Positions 1 through 9,273 are shown, counted from the first letter of the stretch. The stretch: DNA of 64,000 nucleotides from Rickettsiales bacterium (GCA_040507985.1 JBEVNR010000012.1:111905-175904); one strand, 5' to 3'. Notes: generated by a model from the sequence alone, not told the origin. A program made the numbers and translations.

Positions 1-2
1 TC

Positions 3-275
3 GGCGGTAGCGGCCATGCGGAATATTATCGGGTAGGCGCCTCCGTTCCATTGACGTTTCTCTCCGTCGAGGGATTTTCCGCCGACGGGCATATCGGGCG
101 GCAAAACATTGCCGACGCGCCAAGCTACGCGGAGTGGGCGCTCGGACTCGGGTACGAATGGAAGGAATATCTCTTTAAGTTGGAGTATGTCGATACCGAC
201 TTATCGAAGGCGGAATGCGGCTCGGGTACGCTATGCGCACCGCGCCTCGTCGGATCGGCGGTGCGGACGTTTTAA
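3..275 (+). CDS. TorF-family putative porin, C-terminal part (5'-truncated by window edge)
   Basis: Frame is open from nt 3 (GGSGHAEYYRVGASVPL...) and ends in W-LGLGYEW...YVDTDLSKAECG...C..R.VGS..RTF, resembling the TorF/TIGR02001-type C-terminus with terminal Phe. Confidence 0.55.
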   Translation, partial: GGSGHAEYYRVGASVPLTFLSVEGFSADGHIGRQNIADAPSYAEWALGLGYEWKEYLFKLEYVDTDLSKAECGSGTLCAPRLVGSAVRTF

Positions 276-529
276 CCAATTCCCGGCGCGAACTCTTCGA
301 GACGCTCCCCGTCTTCGCCTTCCACGGCTTTTTTGACGGACATTTCCGCTCGGTCAAGCGCGAGGCGACAATGGCGGCGCAATTTTTCGGCGCGGACGTA
401 GGCGGACACGGCGTCGTCGAGCGGCAAGTCGCCGCGCTCCAATCGTGAAACGATGGACTCCATTTCCTCCATGGCGTCTTCAAACGTCATGGTTATATCT
501 ATGGCGTCGACGTTTTCTGGGGTGTTCAC
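272..529 (-). CDS. xseB: Exodeoxyribonuclease VII small subunit
   Basis: TFEDAMEEMESIVSRLERGDLPLDDAVSAY motif; 85 aa. Confidence 0.95.
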   Translation of the reverse strand: MNTPENVDAIDITMTFEDAMEEMESIVSRLERGDLPLDDAVSAYVRAEKLRRHCRLALDRAEMSVKKAVEGEDGERLEEFAPGIG

Positions 530-1116
530 GGGCGGCTCCTTAATCGCAAGGCGAACTCTATGAATTCCGTGGTGAGCAGGCGCATTTTTTCTTTCGTGGC
601 GTCGTCGGAAATGTTGCCGTCTTCTGAAAAGATGGAAGAGGCGCGCCCGACCGCCAGTTGATTCGGCAAAATATGCGCGCGCATTTTACCGAGCAAGTCG
701 CGCAGGGCGATTAGGCCGCGCAACCCGCCGCCCGCGCCCGGCGACGCCGAAACCAAGGCGAACGGACGCCCGTCAAAGGCGACGCAGTCTTTTTCCTCCG
801 CGATCGATTTGCGGGAAATCCAGTCGAAGGCGTTTTTAAGCGCGCCGCTATAGGAGCCGTTATATTCGGGCGAGGCGATAAACACGCCGTGCGCCTGCAT
901 GAAGTCGGACTTTAAGCGTTCCACGTCTTTAGGAACGCCGGTTTCCGCAACCACATCGTCGTTATAAATAGGGATGTCGTAGGACGGAAGATCGATAAAA
1001 CGCGCATCCGCTCCCCTCTCCTTCGCCATGCGGCACGCCTCCGTCGCCAATTTTTTGTTGAACGACGCTTTTCTCATGCTTCCGCACATAAACAACAGAC
1101 GAAGGGGGGCGGGCAT
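526..1116 (-). CDS. NADPH-dependent FMN reductase (flavodoxin-like)
   Basis: GSMRKASFN, SPEYNGSYSGALKNAFDW and SPGAGGGLRG motifs. Confidence 0.92.
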   Translation of the reverse strand: MPAPLRLLFMCGSMRKASFNKKLATEACRMAKERGADARFIDLPSYDIPIYNDDVVAETGVPKDVERLKSDFMQAHGVFIASPEYNGSYSGALKNAFDWISRKSIAEEKDCVAFDGRPFALVSASPGAGGGLRGLIALRDLLGKMRAHILPNQLAVGRASSIFSEDGNISDDATKEKMRLLTTEFIEFALRLRSRP

Positions 1117-1137
1117 GGCAATTCCGTTACGTTAAAG

Positions 1138-2370
1138 TTAGGCGGCGATAACCTCAAGGGGCGTCGCGCTGATGCGTTCTTCGTCGTACATGGTCATAAG
1201 CGGCTCGTCGTTCACCATAGCGACCTCGGGTTCCGGGGAGAAACCGTTAAAACCGGTGGCGAGCGTGCGTCCGTATGCGCCCATTTGCCCGATTTCGATG
1301 TAATCCCCTTCCGCCACGTTGTTCGGCAGGTAAAACGGGCCGTTCATGTGGTCGAGCGAATCGCAGGTCGGGCCATAAAACTTAAACGGCGCCAAATCGC
1401 AGGAAGACGCTCCGTCGCGCTTAATTAAATGCACAGGAAAAATAAAGCGCGGCGTGCCGGCGTCGAACAACCCACCATAGGTGCCGTCGTTAATGTAGAG
1501 CGCGCTTCCCTTGCGAAGCTCGACGCGCACGAGCAGCGACCCGCTTTCCGCCACGATGGCCCTTCCCGGTTCGGCCATCAGCCGCATGCGTTCGCTTCCC
1601 GGAATATGCGCGAACTCTTCGCGTATCGCCTGGAAATATCCATCGATCGGGGGGGGAATCATCCCCGGATACACGGAGGGAAAGCCGCCGCCGACGTTAA
1701 AATCGTCCACCGGTACGCCGGATTGCGCGATCACCGACGCCGCCATCCGAATGGCGATGCGATATGCGTCGGGGTGCATGCATTGCGATCCCACGTGAAA
1801 CGACACGCCCACGCGCAGCGCGCGCCGCCGCAACTCGCCTAACAGTTCCGGCGCCTCTTGCAGCGTGGCGCCGAATTTTTCGCCGAGATTCATTTCGGCG
1901 TAGCTGTTAGGCATCGCCAGACGAAGGTTAAGCTCTAAATCGCCGGCGAAATGCGTCTCTTGCAGAATTTTTTCCAACTCTTCGCGACAGTCGAGCGAAA
2001 AATATTTCACGCCATGGGTAAAGTACGCCTCGCGAATGGCGAAGCGCGACTTGACCGGATGCATGAAAAACAACTCGGCGTCCGGCAGCAAAGCGCGAGT
2101 GGAGGCCGCTTCCTGCGCCGACGCGACGTCGAAAGAGCGAATGCCGTGACCGTAAAGCGCTTTTAAAATATGGGGTTCCGGGTTGGTCTTGACCGCATAA
2201 ATCGTCTTTCCTTTAAAACGATCAAGAAATCGCCTCGACGCTTTTTCAAGCGTATGGGGACGGTGGATATACAGAGGCTTATGTAAAACGCCGTCCGCAA
2301 GGGAGGCGATGGTGCGAAGAGTCTTTGCCATTTCGCATATAGGTTCCCGGAAGGTTAACGAAAAATCCAA
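1138..2370 (-). CDS. Ornithine/lysine decarboxylase (fold-type III PLP enzyme); start may be the downstream MAKTL
   Basis: YAVKTN (PLP lysine), FHVGSQ, NVGGGFP, EPGR and GPTCDS motifs. Confidence 0.9.
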   Translation of the reverse strand: MDFSLTFREPICEMAKTLRTIASLADGVLHKPLYIHRPHTLEKASRRFLDRFKGKTIYAVKTNPEPHILKALYGHGIRSFDVASAQEAASTRALLPDAELFFMHPVKSRFAIREAYFTHGVKYFSLDCREELEKILQETHFAGDLELNLRLAMPNSYAEMNLGEKFGATLQEAPELLGELRRRALRVGVSFHVGSQCMHPDAYRIAIRMAASVIAQSGVPVDDFNVGGGFPSVYPGMIPPPIDGYFQAIREEFAHIPGSERMRLMAEPGRAIVAESGSLLVRVELRKGSALYINDGTYGGLFDAGTPRFIFPVHLIKRDGASSCDLAPFKFYGPTCDSLDHMNGPFYLPNNVAEGDYIEIGQMGAYGRTLATGFNGFSPEPEVAMVNDEPLMTMYDEERISATPLEVIAA

Positions 2371-2431
2371 TGCAATATAGAAAACGCCGCAGAAAAATAA
2401 AGCGTTTTTTTAATTATAGCATAAAAACCTT

Positions 2432-2599
2432 CAGGGTGAAAACATGAATTAACGCATTAATAATGCGTGTTTAAAATATCAATTTTTTCTTAAATATACA
2501 GTGAACTTTGCGCAAAATTTTAAAAAAACACTGGATTCCCGCTTTCGCGGGAATGACGAAGAAGAAAAAATTAACGTATTAATTCATGTTTTTGCCCTG
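2432..2599. repeat. MITE-like element with ~21-bp imperfect terminal inverted repeats, containing a REP/RPE-type half unit
   Basis: Left CAGGGTGAAAACATGAATTAA versus right TTAATTCATGTTTTTGCCCTG; internal CTGGATTCCCGCTTTCGCGGGAATGAC (2531-2557); the right end recurs at 11101-11166. Confidence 0.7.
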
Positions 2600-2669
2600 G
2601 CCCTACGGATTCTTTTGCAAAAAAAATCTTGCGCGTTCGGATATAACCGCACATAATTTAGCTTAAAAT

Positions 2670-3464
2670 TTGATCCTGCTTGCGGCTATGTCCTCCATGC
2701 GTTTTTCCTCGCGCCTCGTCGCGCTTTTCCTTTTGTGCGGAGCGGCGGCGGGGTGCCAAGGCACGCTGCGCTACGTCCCTCCGACCGACGAGGCGGCGCC
2801 GGAGAAAACCGCATACCTTCCCGAGAAAAAAGACGTCGTGTGGAAGCGCCTCTTGTCGCGCCTGACCGAGCGCTATTTCGATTTACGGCAGGTGGAAAAA
2901 GAAAGCGGACTCGTCAATTTCGCCTTCGACGCCAAGGCGATCGACTATATCGATTGCGGACGGCTGCAATCCTACATACGAGACGGCGCCGGCGAACGCC
3001 GCTACGACGTGAGCGCCGCAAGCGACGGCGCTTCCTTCGATATTTTAGGCGACGGCGGAAGGGAAAGCGTCTATTGGAACGTGGACATGACGGTGAGGGT
3101 CAATCTGTTGGCGCAAGAGAAGGGATCGGGCACAAAAGTCACCGTCAACGCGCAGTACGAGCCGACGCAAAAAATCGACGTCGTCACCACTCGCCTGCGC
3201 CTAGACCCCGTCTATCTCGACGACGCGTTTCTCAGGGACGATCTATGGAGACAACGCTACTACGCCACGCCAAGGATCGCCTTTTTCCGCAACCACGAAG
3301 AAACGGAGCGCCGCATCGCGTTCGTCTCGGGAGGGCGAAAATCCTTTCCCGGCGTGACGCTGGCGTCAACCGCGCAATACATATCGTGCGTCTCCACCGG
3401 CAGGCTCGAGAAAGAGCTGCTGGACATGGCCAGGGAAAAAAAGAATAACGGGCGGAGCCGATGA
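2670..3464 (+). CDS. Hypothetical lipoprotein
   Basis: Hydrophobic N-terminus with lipobox-like AAGC; 264 aa; stop overlaps the coaC start. Confidence 0.7.
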   Translation: MILLAAMSSMRFSSRLVALFLLCGAAAGCQGTLRYVPPTDEAAPEKTAYLPEKKDVVWKRLLSRLTERYFDLRQVEKESGLVNFAFDAKAIDYIDCGRLQSYIRDGAGERRYDVSAASDGASFDILGDGGRESVYWNVDMTVRVNLLAQEKGSGTKVTVNAQYEPTQKIDVVTTRLRLDPVYLDDAFLRDDLWRQRYYATPRIAFFRNHEETERRIAFVSGGRKSFPGVTLASTAQYISCVSTGRLEKELLDMAREKKNNGRSR

Positions 3465-3994
3465 AGTTTTCGTCCATGTTGCTTATCGTCACCGGCGGCG
3501 TGGCCGCCTATAAGGCCGCCGACCTGGCGCGATTGGCCGGAAAGCGCGGCGCGCGCGTCACGTGCGCGTTGACCGACGGCGCCGCGCGTTTCGTCACCCC
3601 CATGCTTTTCGCCGCCCTCACCGGTAACCCGGCCTACGGGGAGTTGTTCGACCTGAAAAACGAAACGGAAATGGGGCATATTCGCCTGTCGCGAGAAAAC
3701 GACGCGATTCTCGTCGCCCCCGCCACCGCCGATTTTATCTCAAAGGCGGCGAACGGCGCGGCGGACGATCTGGCGTCAACGATATTGCTGGCCGCCGATA
3801 AGCCCGTCTTTTTCGCCCCCGCGATGAATCCCCGCATGTACGCGCATCCGGCCGTAAAGCGTAATTTAGCGTTATTGCGCGGCGACGGCGTTCGCATCAT
3901 TTCCCCGGCGACGGGCGACGTCGCGTGCGGCGAACATGGCGAGGGGCGCATGGCCGAGCCGGCCGACATTCTCAATTATATGGAACAGGCGTGA
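3461..3994 (+). CDS. coaC: Phosphopantothenoylcysteine decarboxylase (stand-alone CoaC half)
   Basis: TGGVAAYKA, HIRLSR, APATADFISK..G.ADD, PAMN and ACGEHGEGRMAEP motifs. Confidence 0.9.
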   Translation: MKFSSMLLIVTGGVAAYKAADLARLAGKRGARVTCALTDGAARFVTPMLFAALTGNPAYGELFDLKNETEMGHIRLSRENDAILVAPATADFISKAANGAADDLASTILLAADKPVFFAPAMNPRMYAHPAVKRNLALLRGDGVRIISPATGDVACGEHGEGRMAEPADILNYMEQA

Positions 3995-4683
3995 GTTTCC
4001 GCGTTCTCGTCACCGCCGGCCCGACGCACGAGGCGCTCGATCCGGTGCGCTACCTGGGTAACCGCTCCTCCGGAAAGCAAGGGGCAGCCGTCGCGAACGG
4101 CTTCGCCGACAAGGGATGCGACGTGACGCTCGTGCTTGGCCCGGTCGAACGGGCGGTGCGCGACTTGCTTAATCCCCGCATACAGATCGTCGACGTGCGA
4201 AGCGCGCAAGACATGCTTTGCGCCGCGTTAGCATTCCCCTCCCCCGACGTCGTCGCGATGGCGGCAGCGGTGGCGGATTGGCGGCCCGCCGTCATTTTTG
4301 AAAAAAAGATGAAGAAACAATTGGGGCAAGAGCGTTTATCGGTGGAATTTTTGCGAAATCCCGATATTTTGAAAATGCTTGCCGCCTCCGACCAAAGGCC
4401 TCGCCTGCTGATTGGCTTCGCCGCCGAAACGGCGGAGGACGACGCCGAGTTGCTTTCCTTGGCCCGCGCCAAGTTGCGCGACAAGAAATGCGATTGGATC
4501 GTCGCCAACAACGTGAGCGGCGGGGCGACGTTCGGGGCCGACGCCAACCGCCTGCTCCTCGCGGCCAACGCCGGCGGCGTCATGCGCCTTGGAGAAGCAA
4601 GCAAAATGCGCCTTGGCCTCGCTTTAGCCGAGGCGGCGACGAAACACCTAAACGGAGAGCCTATCTCGTGGGAAGACGCATAG
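3991..4683 (+). CDS. coaB: Phosphopantothenate-cysteine ligase (stand-alone CoaB half)
   Basis: GTG start overlaps the coaC stop (GTGA); VLVTAGPTHEALDPVRYLGNRSSGKQG, AAVADWRP, GFAAET and K.CDWIVANNV motifs. Confidence 0.9.
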   Translation: MSFRVLVTAGPTHEALDPVRYLGNRSSGKQGAAVANGFADKGCDVTLVLGPVERAVRDLLNPRIQIVDVRSAQDMLCAALAFPSPDVVAMAAAVADWRPAVIFEKKMKKQLGQERLSVEFLRNPDILKMLAASDQRPRLLIGFAAETAEDDAELLSLARAKLRDKKCDWIVANNVSGGATFGADANRLLLAANAGGVMRLGEASKMRLGLALAEAATKHLNGEPISWEDA

Positions 4684-5051
4684 CTTTTTTACATGCCTCG
4701 TGCCGGCTGTGCGCAGTTTTGCTCGTTTGTTCCTGCGCCCCCGGAACGGGCGCCCGCCTGAAGGAGGCGTGGAAGGAAAAACTTTCTCCCGCCTCCTCCG
4801 TCGCCAAGACGCGCGAGGCGCCGCCGGAGTCTCACCTCAAGGTGGGAGAAGTCTATCGTGCGAAGGACGGAAGCGCCTCTATGGCCGTGAAAAAATATCG
4901 TTCCCTCACGGGCGACGCATGCATAAAGCTGCGCGTCGAACGCAACGGACGCGCAGAGTACGAACTATTATGCGGGCGCGACGGCGTCTGGCGCCGCTAT
5001 CCCGCGTTCAGCGCCGAAAAGGCGACGCACGACCGTCGTGAAGGAAAATAA
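4668..5051 (+). CDS. Small lipoprotein, DVU3141-like, associated with capsule export genes
   Basis: GTG at 4668 after GGAGAG; lipobox-like VCSC; Y.SLTGDAC...LC.RDGVW pattern; immediately upstream of the polysaccharide export gene. Confidence 0.55.
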   Translation: MGRRIAFLHASCRLCAVLLVCSCAPGTGARLKEAWKEKLSPASSVAKTREAPPESHLKVGEVYRAKDGSASMAVKKYRSLTGDACIKLRVERNGRAEYELLCGRDGVWRRYPAFSAEKATHDRREGK

Positions 5052-5054
5052 CGC

Positions 5055-6710
5055 ATGAAAACGCGTCTATATATTTCGTTAACATTACTCTGCGTCCTAA
5101 CGCTTCTTCCTTTGCGAGGAATGGCCGACGCGCTCGGCAACGCCGGGAACGACGCGATAAAAGACGCGGAGATATCCGAGCTGAACGCCCTGTTGCCGGA
5201 GGGCGCGAAAGAGGCGGGAGAGGAATCTTACGGCGCCAAGGTGTTCTCCGGGCAATTCGGCGGCGACATGCGCGTCGGGGTGCATGACGGGTATTTAGTG
5301 GCCAAGGGCGACAAGTTGCGCGTGTCGATTTGGGGATCGGTCACGCTCGACCAAAGCATGACGGTAGATAATAAAGGCAATATCGTGCTGCCCGAGGTCG
5401 GGCCGGTGCGCGTTGCCGGCACGCCTTACGGCCAATTGAACGAAAAGCTTCGGCGCAGCTTAGAGGCGGTGTATAAGGAAGGCATCGGGTCGTATGTGGA
5501 CGTCGTCGGCACCAAACCCATCGCCGCCTTCGTGACGGGCGAAGTGGCGTATCCAGGACGCTATGACGGCGCCGCGTCGGACAGCCTATTGCATTTCATC
5601 GACAAGGCCGGTGGAGTGGATAAGCGGCGCGGAAGCTATCGCCATATCGAACTACGCCGAAAGGGAACCGTATTGGCAACCATCGATCTCTACGCGTTTT
5701 TGCTGGAAGGCAAGCTGCCGGACATATCCATCCAAGACGGCGATACGATCTTCGTGCGTCCGCGCGGCACGGCCGTGGCCGCCGAAGGCATGGTGAATCG
5801 TCCGCAGCGCTTTGAATTTACTAAAAACGGCGTAAGCGGGGCCGATTTGGAGGCGTTGGCGATGCCGGAGACGACCGCCACGCACGTATCGGTCGTGGGC
5901 GTGCGCCGTAAGGAGCCGTTCAGCGCCTATATGACGCGCCGCGACTTCGCGGATTTTTCGTTGCGCGAGGGCGACCGCGTGTATTTTCACAACGCGATGG
6001 AGGCGCAATCCATCCGTATTTTCGTTGAAGGCGCGTTTCGCGGCCCCAAAATGCTCGTCGCCCCGGTGGGAACGCGCCTGACGGCGGCGCTGCAACAATT
6101 AGAGATGCGTCCCGGCGTCACCGACCTGCGCGGCGTGTCGATCGACCGTCCGTCGGTGGCGAAAAGGCAGGAGGTGGCGCTCGAAGACGCGCTGCGGCGC
6201 TTGCAGCAAAGCGTGGCCTACGGCTCGACGACGTCGGCGGAGGAGTCTAGGTTGCGCGGCGAGGAAATGACCATGATAAAAAATTTCGTCGCCGGCGCGC
6301 GACAGGTCAAGCCGACGGGAAAGATCGTCGTGTCTCGTAACGGCGCGCCGGAGGACGTGATGCTCGAAGACGGTGACAAAATTATCGTGCCTTCGGTGAG
6401 TAACATCGTGTTCGTTAACGGTGAGGTGGCCATGCCCCAAGCCATCGTCGAAAAAAAGGGCACGGGGTACGAAGACTATATCGCCGGCGCCGGTGGCTAC
6501 GGCCCGCGCGCCGACAAGCGCAAGGCGCTGGTGCGTAAGATGAACGGCGAAGTGATCGAGGCCAAAGGCGCCCGCATCGAAGGCGGCGACGAAATTATCG
6601 TGTTGCCGAAAGTCTACGCCAACAATCTGCAATTCGCCAAGGACATTACCGACGTGCTGTATAAGATCGCCATCGCCGCCGCCGTCCCCATACGGTTTTT
6701 AGATAATTAG
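5055..6710 (+). CDS. Polysaccharide biosynthesis/export protein (KpsD/Wza-like, SLBB domains)
   Basis: Signal peptide, GD.L.V.IWG, G.I.LPEVGPV.VAG, VTGEV..PGRY, GS.R.IELRR and several SLBB repeats. Confidence 0.9.
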   Translation: MKTRLYISLTLLCVLTLLPLRGMADALGNAGNDAIKDAEISELNALLPEGAKEAGEESYGAKVFSGQFGGDMRVGVHDGYLVAKGDKLRVSIWGSVTLDQSMTVDNKGNIVLPEVGPVRVAGTPYGQLNEKLRRSLEAVYKEGIGSYVDVVGTKPIAAFVTGEVAYPGRYDGAASDSLLHFIDKAGGVDKRRGSYRHIELRRKGTVLATIDLYAFLLEGKLPDISIQDGDTIFVRPRGTAVAAEGMVNRPQRFEFTKNGVSGADLEALAMPETTATHVSVVGVRRKEPFSAYMTRRDFADFSLREGDRVYFHNAMEAQSIRIFVEGAFRGPKMLVAPVGTRLTAALQQLEMRPGVTDLRGVSIDRPSVAKRQEVALEDALRRLQQSVAYGSTTSAEESRLRGEEMTMIKNFVAGARQVKPTGKIVVSRNGAPEDVMLEDGDKIIVPSVSNIVFVNGEVAMPQAIVEKKGTGYEDYIAGAGGYGPRADKRKALVRKMNGEVIEAKGARIEGGDEIIVLPKVYANNLQFAKDITDVLYKIAIAAAVPIRFLDN

Positions 6711-6735
6711 CGAAGCGTAAGGGACTGTTTATTTA

Positions 6736-6789
6736 GGCTGTATGCACGCAAATTCTCTAAAACGCCAAAATCGTTCATTTGTCACAGCC
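6736..6789. repeat. Miniature copy of the GGCTGTATGCAC MITE family
   Basis: Begins TA-GGCTGTATGCAC, as at 53701 and 62213; ends in a degenerate CACAGCC. Confidence 0.5.
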
Positions 6790-6794
6790 TCTAA

Positions 6795-6953
6795 GAGCCT
6801 GTAGCGAATTAAATTTTCGTCGATTTTTGAGGGATTTTTTGGTGGTTTTAGAAGGAATTTGACCTGCGTAGCGGACTACGGAGGTCAAATTTCGACGCGA
6901 AAACGACGAAAAAGAACCGAAAATAGGCAAGATCCTTAATTCGCTACAGGCTC
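6795..6953. mobile_element. Non-autonomous MITE/palindromic element with 18-bp TIRs and TAA duplication (IS5-like ends)
   Basis: TAA-GAGCCTGTAGCGAATTAA ... TTAATTCGCTACAGGCTC-TAA; central hairpin TTTGACCT...GGTCAAA. Confidence 0.7.
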
Positions 6954-7209
6954 TAAGCGTACCGATACAAATCGAGCGTCAATTTCAACGGAAAAAAGCG
7001 CGTTTACAAAATAATAAATATTTCTGCGATATAATGAACGTTAAGCGCGCATCAACGTCCGTTTTTCCCGTCGCATGGCCTACAAACCGATAGGGCAACG
7101 GATTAAGCGCCAAGGCTAAAGCGCTTGCCGACCCGCTCTTGTCTTACGGAAAGACGTTTTAGCTAAAGCGCTTCCTTTGCGCGTTCCACAACGCCACAAG
7201 GAAAGCGCC

Positions 7210-7491
7210 ATGACCGAAAATTTTTTTTCCGCTCCGCTGTCTCCGCTATTGCACGGCATGAAACTCACGACGGCAGAGATACTCTATCGCATGCCGGATT
7301 ACCCTTCCTTGCTGCAAACCTTCGTATGGCAAGACTACGACGCAGACCCAAGCTTTCCCATATTGCGCAAGTTTCTACGTTTCTGGGAAAATAGCTTGGA
7401 AGGAAAACTTCATTCCGTCACGATAGCCTCCGCCGAGATATTGCGTCCGCGCGAATTTATCTATAGCGAAACCGAATTGCGCGTACATTAA
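7210..7491 (+). CDS. usg: Usg family protein
   Basis: LTTAEILYRMPDYPSLLQTFVWQDYD..P.FP.L..FL.FW...LEGKLHSV motif. Confidence 0.93.
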   Translation: MTENFFSAPLSPLLHGMKLTTAEILYRMPDYPSLLQTFVWQDYDADPSFPILRKFLRFWENSLEGKLHSVTIASAEILRPREFIYSETELRVH

Positions 7492-7502
7492 TATAATTTA
7501 AT

Positions 7503-7991
7503 ATGATATATAAATATTGCTTGGTTTTTCAGCATATGGGCAAAAGCGCGTTTAGAAAACATAAGAAACATAAGGGCGGCGCGACGGCGAGCGCCAAGAC
7601 GTCGCTCAAGGCGTTTTTATGCGCCACCGTTTCCGCCGCGTCGCTAAGCGCCTGCCGCGCGCACGAAGCCGCGCAACTTGAAAGCTACGTGCAATCGAAT
7701 TTACATAAATATATAAGTTACGAATCCTCCGACAAACGCGCCAGCTTCCAATATGTTGGCCGCAAACATGCCGCCGCTTCCTCCGGTTCGGACTTTAAGC
7801 AATATGGCGGTTTTTCCTTTAAAAACAACGAAAGCAACGAAGAGCGCGTCTTCGCCTTGGGTAAGCGCGACAATTATTATATGGCCGAAACTCCGATGTT
7901 CCCGGAACGTTATAAAGGCGCTTTTATGGCGTTTGGGATAGAAAAAGATAAAGACGTATCCCCTTTCGTCCATTTTCACATAGAGTTTTAA
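7503..7991 (+). CDS. Hypothetical exported protein (possible lipoprotein or small beta protein)
   Basis: 162-aa ORF with basic N-terminus, LSAC lipobox-like site and C-terminal VHFHIEF. Confidence 0.55.
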   Translation: MIYKYCLVFQHMGKSAFRKHKKHKGGATASAKTSLKAFLCATVSAASLSACRAHEAAQLESYVQSNLHKYISYESSDKRASFQYVGRKHAAASSGSDFKQYGGFSFKNNESNEERVFALGKRDNYYMAETPMFPERYKGAFMAFGIEKDKDVSPFVHFHIEF

Positions 7992-8115
7992 TTTAAAAAA
8001 ATAATTTTACTCAAGATATCAAATAAAAAAAACCGTCGTAAACCTTGCAATTTCGGTTAAAAAAGGGTTAAAATCACGACAGCGAGCAGATAATTCTTAA
8101 AGACATACCCCCGCC

Positions 8116-9273
8116 ATGATCGCACATGCCGTTCGCGTGACGGAAAAATTCGGCCCGGAAGGACGTGAGGCCGAAATCGGCGACGTCGTGAACGTCGCCG
8201 TCGACGCGCCGTTCCTTTTAGATTGCGGGCGGGAAATACGCGACGTTCCCCTTGCGTTTCAAACCTACGGAACGTTAAACGCCGGCAAAGACAACGCGAT
8301 ATTGATTTTCCATCCGCTCACCTGCGACCAATATGTGTGCGGCGCCCATCCCGTCACCGGCCGGCCCGGGTGGTGGGAAAGGGCCGTTGGGCCGGGAAAG
8401 GCGCTCGACGCCGATAAATATTTCGTGATATGCGCCAACGTGATCGGCGGATGCATGGGATCCTTCGGCCCAAAAACCATCGATCCGGAGACGGACAAAC
8501 CCTACGGCGTGACGTTTCCCGTGGTGACGATTCGCGACATGGCGTCCATCCACAAGCCGTTGCTTGACATGCTGGGGATAAAGACGCTGCACGCGCTGGT
8601 CGGAGCGTCGCTGGGGGGAATGATGGCGCTTGAATGGGCGCTGCTTTATCCGGATAGCCTCCGGCGCATGGTGTTGGTCGCCTCCGGCTTCAGGCAAAGT
8701 CCGCAAAACATCGCCTTCAACGAAATAGGGCGCCAGGCGGTCATGGCAGATCCGGAATGGAGGGGCGGACGCTATCTAGAGGAGGGAACGTTTCCGGCGA
8801 AGGGATTGGCGGTCGGGCGCATGAGCGCCCACGTCACGTTTTTGTCGCCGCAAGCCATCGAGGAAAAATTCGGGCGCGGATTCCAGCACGACGAAGGGGC
8901 GAGGTTCGGTTTCGACGCCGATTTTCGCATCGAAAGCTATTTGCGCCATCAGGGCATGACGTTCGTGGACCGGTTCGATCCCAACTCGTATCTCTATCTG
9001 TCTCGCGCCACCGATTATTTCGACGTGACGAAACACGGAACCAAAAAACTTCCCGCCTTGCTCGCGCCGCTCAGGCAAAGCGCGCTGACGGTGATTTCCT
9101 TCTCCAGCGATTGGCGGTGCCCGACGGAAGAGGCAAGGCGCATCACCCACGCCGCGATGGGGGCCGGGCTGCGCGTCTCCGGCGTCGAAATCGCCACCGA
9201 CAAAGGCCACGACGCGTTTTTACTTGACGAGCCGGCGTTTTACGACGTGCTTGCCGGCGCCGTCGCGTCGTAA
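8116..9273 (+). CDS. metX: Homoserine O-acetyltransferase
   Basis: GASLGGM nucleophile motif, ICANVIGGCMGS, SFSSDW and GHDAFLL motifs. Confidence 0.95.
   Translation: MIAHAVRVTEKFGPEGREAEIGDVVNVAVDAPFLLDCGREIRDVPLAFQTYGTLNAGKDNAILIFHPLTCDQYVCGAHPVTGRPGWWERAVGPGKALDADKYFVICANVIGGCMGSFGPKTIDPETDKPYGVTFPVVTIRDMASIHKPLLDMLGIKTLHALVGASLGGMMALEWALLYPDSLRRMVLVASGFRQSPQNIAFNEIGRQAVMADPEWRGGRYLEEGTFPAKGLAVGRMSAHVTFLSPQAIEEKFGRGFQHDEGARFGFDADFRIESYLRHQGMTFVDRFDPNSYLYLSRATDYFDVTKHGTKKLPALLAPLRQSALTVISFSSDWRCPTEEARRITHAAMGAGLRVSGVEIATDKGHDAFLLDEPAFYDVLAGAVAS

Noticed and set aside
2330-2430. speF leader RNA upstream of the ornithine decarboxylase
   Set aside because: The alphaproteobacterial speF motif would be expected here, but the short AT-rich leader shows no structure I can match to it
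3925-3990. Extended N-terminus of CoaB or programmed frameshift joining coaC and coaB
   Set aside because: No slippery heptamer; a GTG overlapping the stop codon with an upstream GGA gives a simpler coupled start
8000-8115. SAM-II or SAM/SAH riboswitch upstream of metX
   Set aside because: No GATTT...TTGCA...GCTAAA pseudoknot pattern or SAM/SAH consensus is visible
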